The position numbers were made by a program, and so were the translations under genes. The notes beneath the pieces are model-generated. The model saw nothing but the letters and a program-made list of their open reading frames with translations, ran no database searches and was not told where the DNA came from. Of a stretch of DNA of 40,220 nt, positions 39,745 through 40,220 are shown in pieces. The stretch's first letter is position 1. Each line of letters opens with the position of its first letter. Source of the DNA: an uncultured Pseudomonadales bacterium (GTDB taxonomy: Bacteria > Pseudomonadota > Gammaproteobacteria > Pseudomonadales > IMCC2047); contig CAYYRK010000003.1 of assembly GCA_964473915.1 (NCBI GenBank), forward strand, positions 1 through 40,220, in the 5' to 3' direction.

Positions 39745-40220
39745 TTATCTATCCACCTTTAGCACCGCCAGGAACGCCTCCTGCGGGATTTCAACACGCC
39801 CCACCTGCTTCATCCTCTTCTTGCCCTCTTTCTGCTTTTGGAGCAATTTCTTTTTACGACTGACATCGCCACCATAGCACTTGGCAGTTACGTTCTTACG
39901 AAGCGCCTTGACTGTCTGGCGCGAAACAACCTGATTGCCTACCGCCGCTTGTATAGCAACATCAAACATCTGCCGGGGAATCAGTTCTTTCATCTTTTCG
40001 GTCAGCAAACGTCCCTGACTGCGCAGTTCATCACGATGAATAATGACGGCCAGCGCATCAACTTTCTCACCATTAATCAGTATATCCATCCGAACCAACT
40101 TGGATGCTTCAAAGCGCACAAAACTGTAATCAAGCGAAGCATAACCCCGGCTGACAGATTTCAGACGATCAAAGAAATCCATTACCACTTCACTCATAGG
40201 CAGCTCATAGGTCAGGGCAA
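39745..40220 (-). CDS. lepA: translation elongation factor 4, C-terminal ~158 codons (gene continues past the right edge)
   Basis: The reading frame is open to the window edge. ...[30 protein letters not shown]...[28 protein letters not shown] matches the conserved LepA C-terminal domain. Confidence 0.95.
   Translation of the reverse strand, partial: ALTYELPMSEVVMDFFDRLKSVSRGYASLDYSFVRFEASKLVRMDILINGEKVDALAVIIHRDELRSQGRLLTEKMKELIPRQMFDVAIQAAVGNQVVSRQTVKALRKNVTAKCYGGDVSRKKKLLQKQKEGKKRMKQVGRVEIPQEAFLAVLKVDR

Overview
This window reads as core chromosome of a gammaproteobacterium; gene order recalls Pseudomonas/Oceanospirillales-type genomes, but I cannot name the species from sequence alone. 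About 45 protein genes are packed tightly, most on the minus strand and nearly all housekeeping. Left to right they are: galU (5' fragment), manC, pgi, comEA-like, pyrF, lapB, lapA, ihfB, rpsA, cmk, a fused tyrA-aroA, pheA and gyrA. Then come mtaD, ubiG, a HAD phosphatase, yciK-like SDR, a GGDEF cyclase, a cspA-family gene, a YgaP-like rhodanese, a Cys-rich small protein, yciH and dapE. These are followed by a small membrane protein, a membrane-anchored cold-shock-domain protein, rsmJ, a 102-aa orphan ORF, uppP, tsaB, a 157-aa orphan and adk. The right end holds mazG, relA, rlmD, cysM, pdxJ, recO, era, rnc, a DUF4845-like gene, lepB and lepA (3' fragment). I found no rRNA, tRNA, CRISPR array, transposase, integrase, prophage, secretion, biosynthetic or recognisable multi-gene defence locus. 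I therefore cannot support a new multi-gene system here. The one clear structure the genes do not explain is a small repeat family. Two 139-bp elements each have 18-bp terminal inverted repeats and perfect 5-bp flanking direct repeats (17015-17153 and 24798-24936, opposite orientations), and a solo 23-nt end lies at 35306-35328. They look like non-autonomous MITE/ERIC/Correia-like insertions at gene junctions. Secondary curiosities are a 157-aa orphan with a PD-(D/E)xK-like motif between tsaB and adk, a cold-shock domain fused to N-terminal transmembrane helices, about 350 bp of unassigned DNA upstream of it, and a 102-aa Ser/Gln-rich ORF with no ribosome-binding site. All family assignments come from motif recognition by eye and all alignments are by hand; no database search was run.
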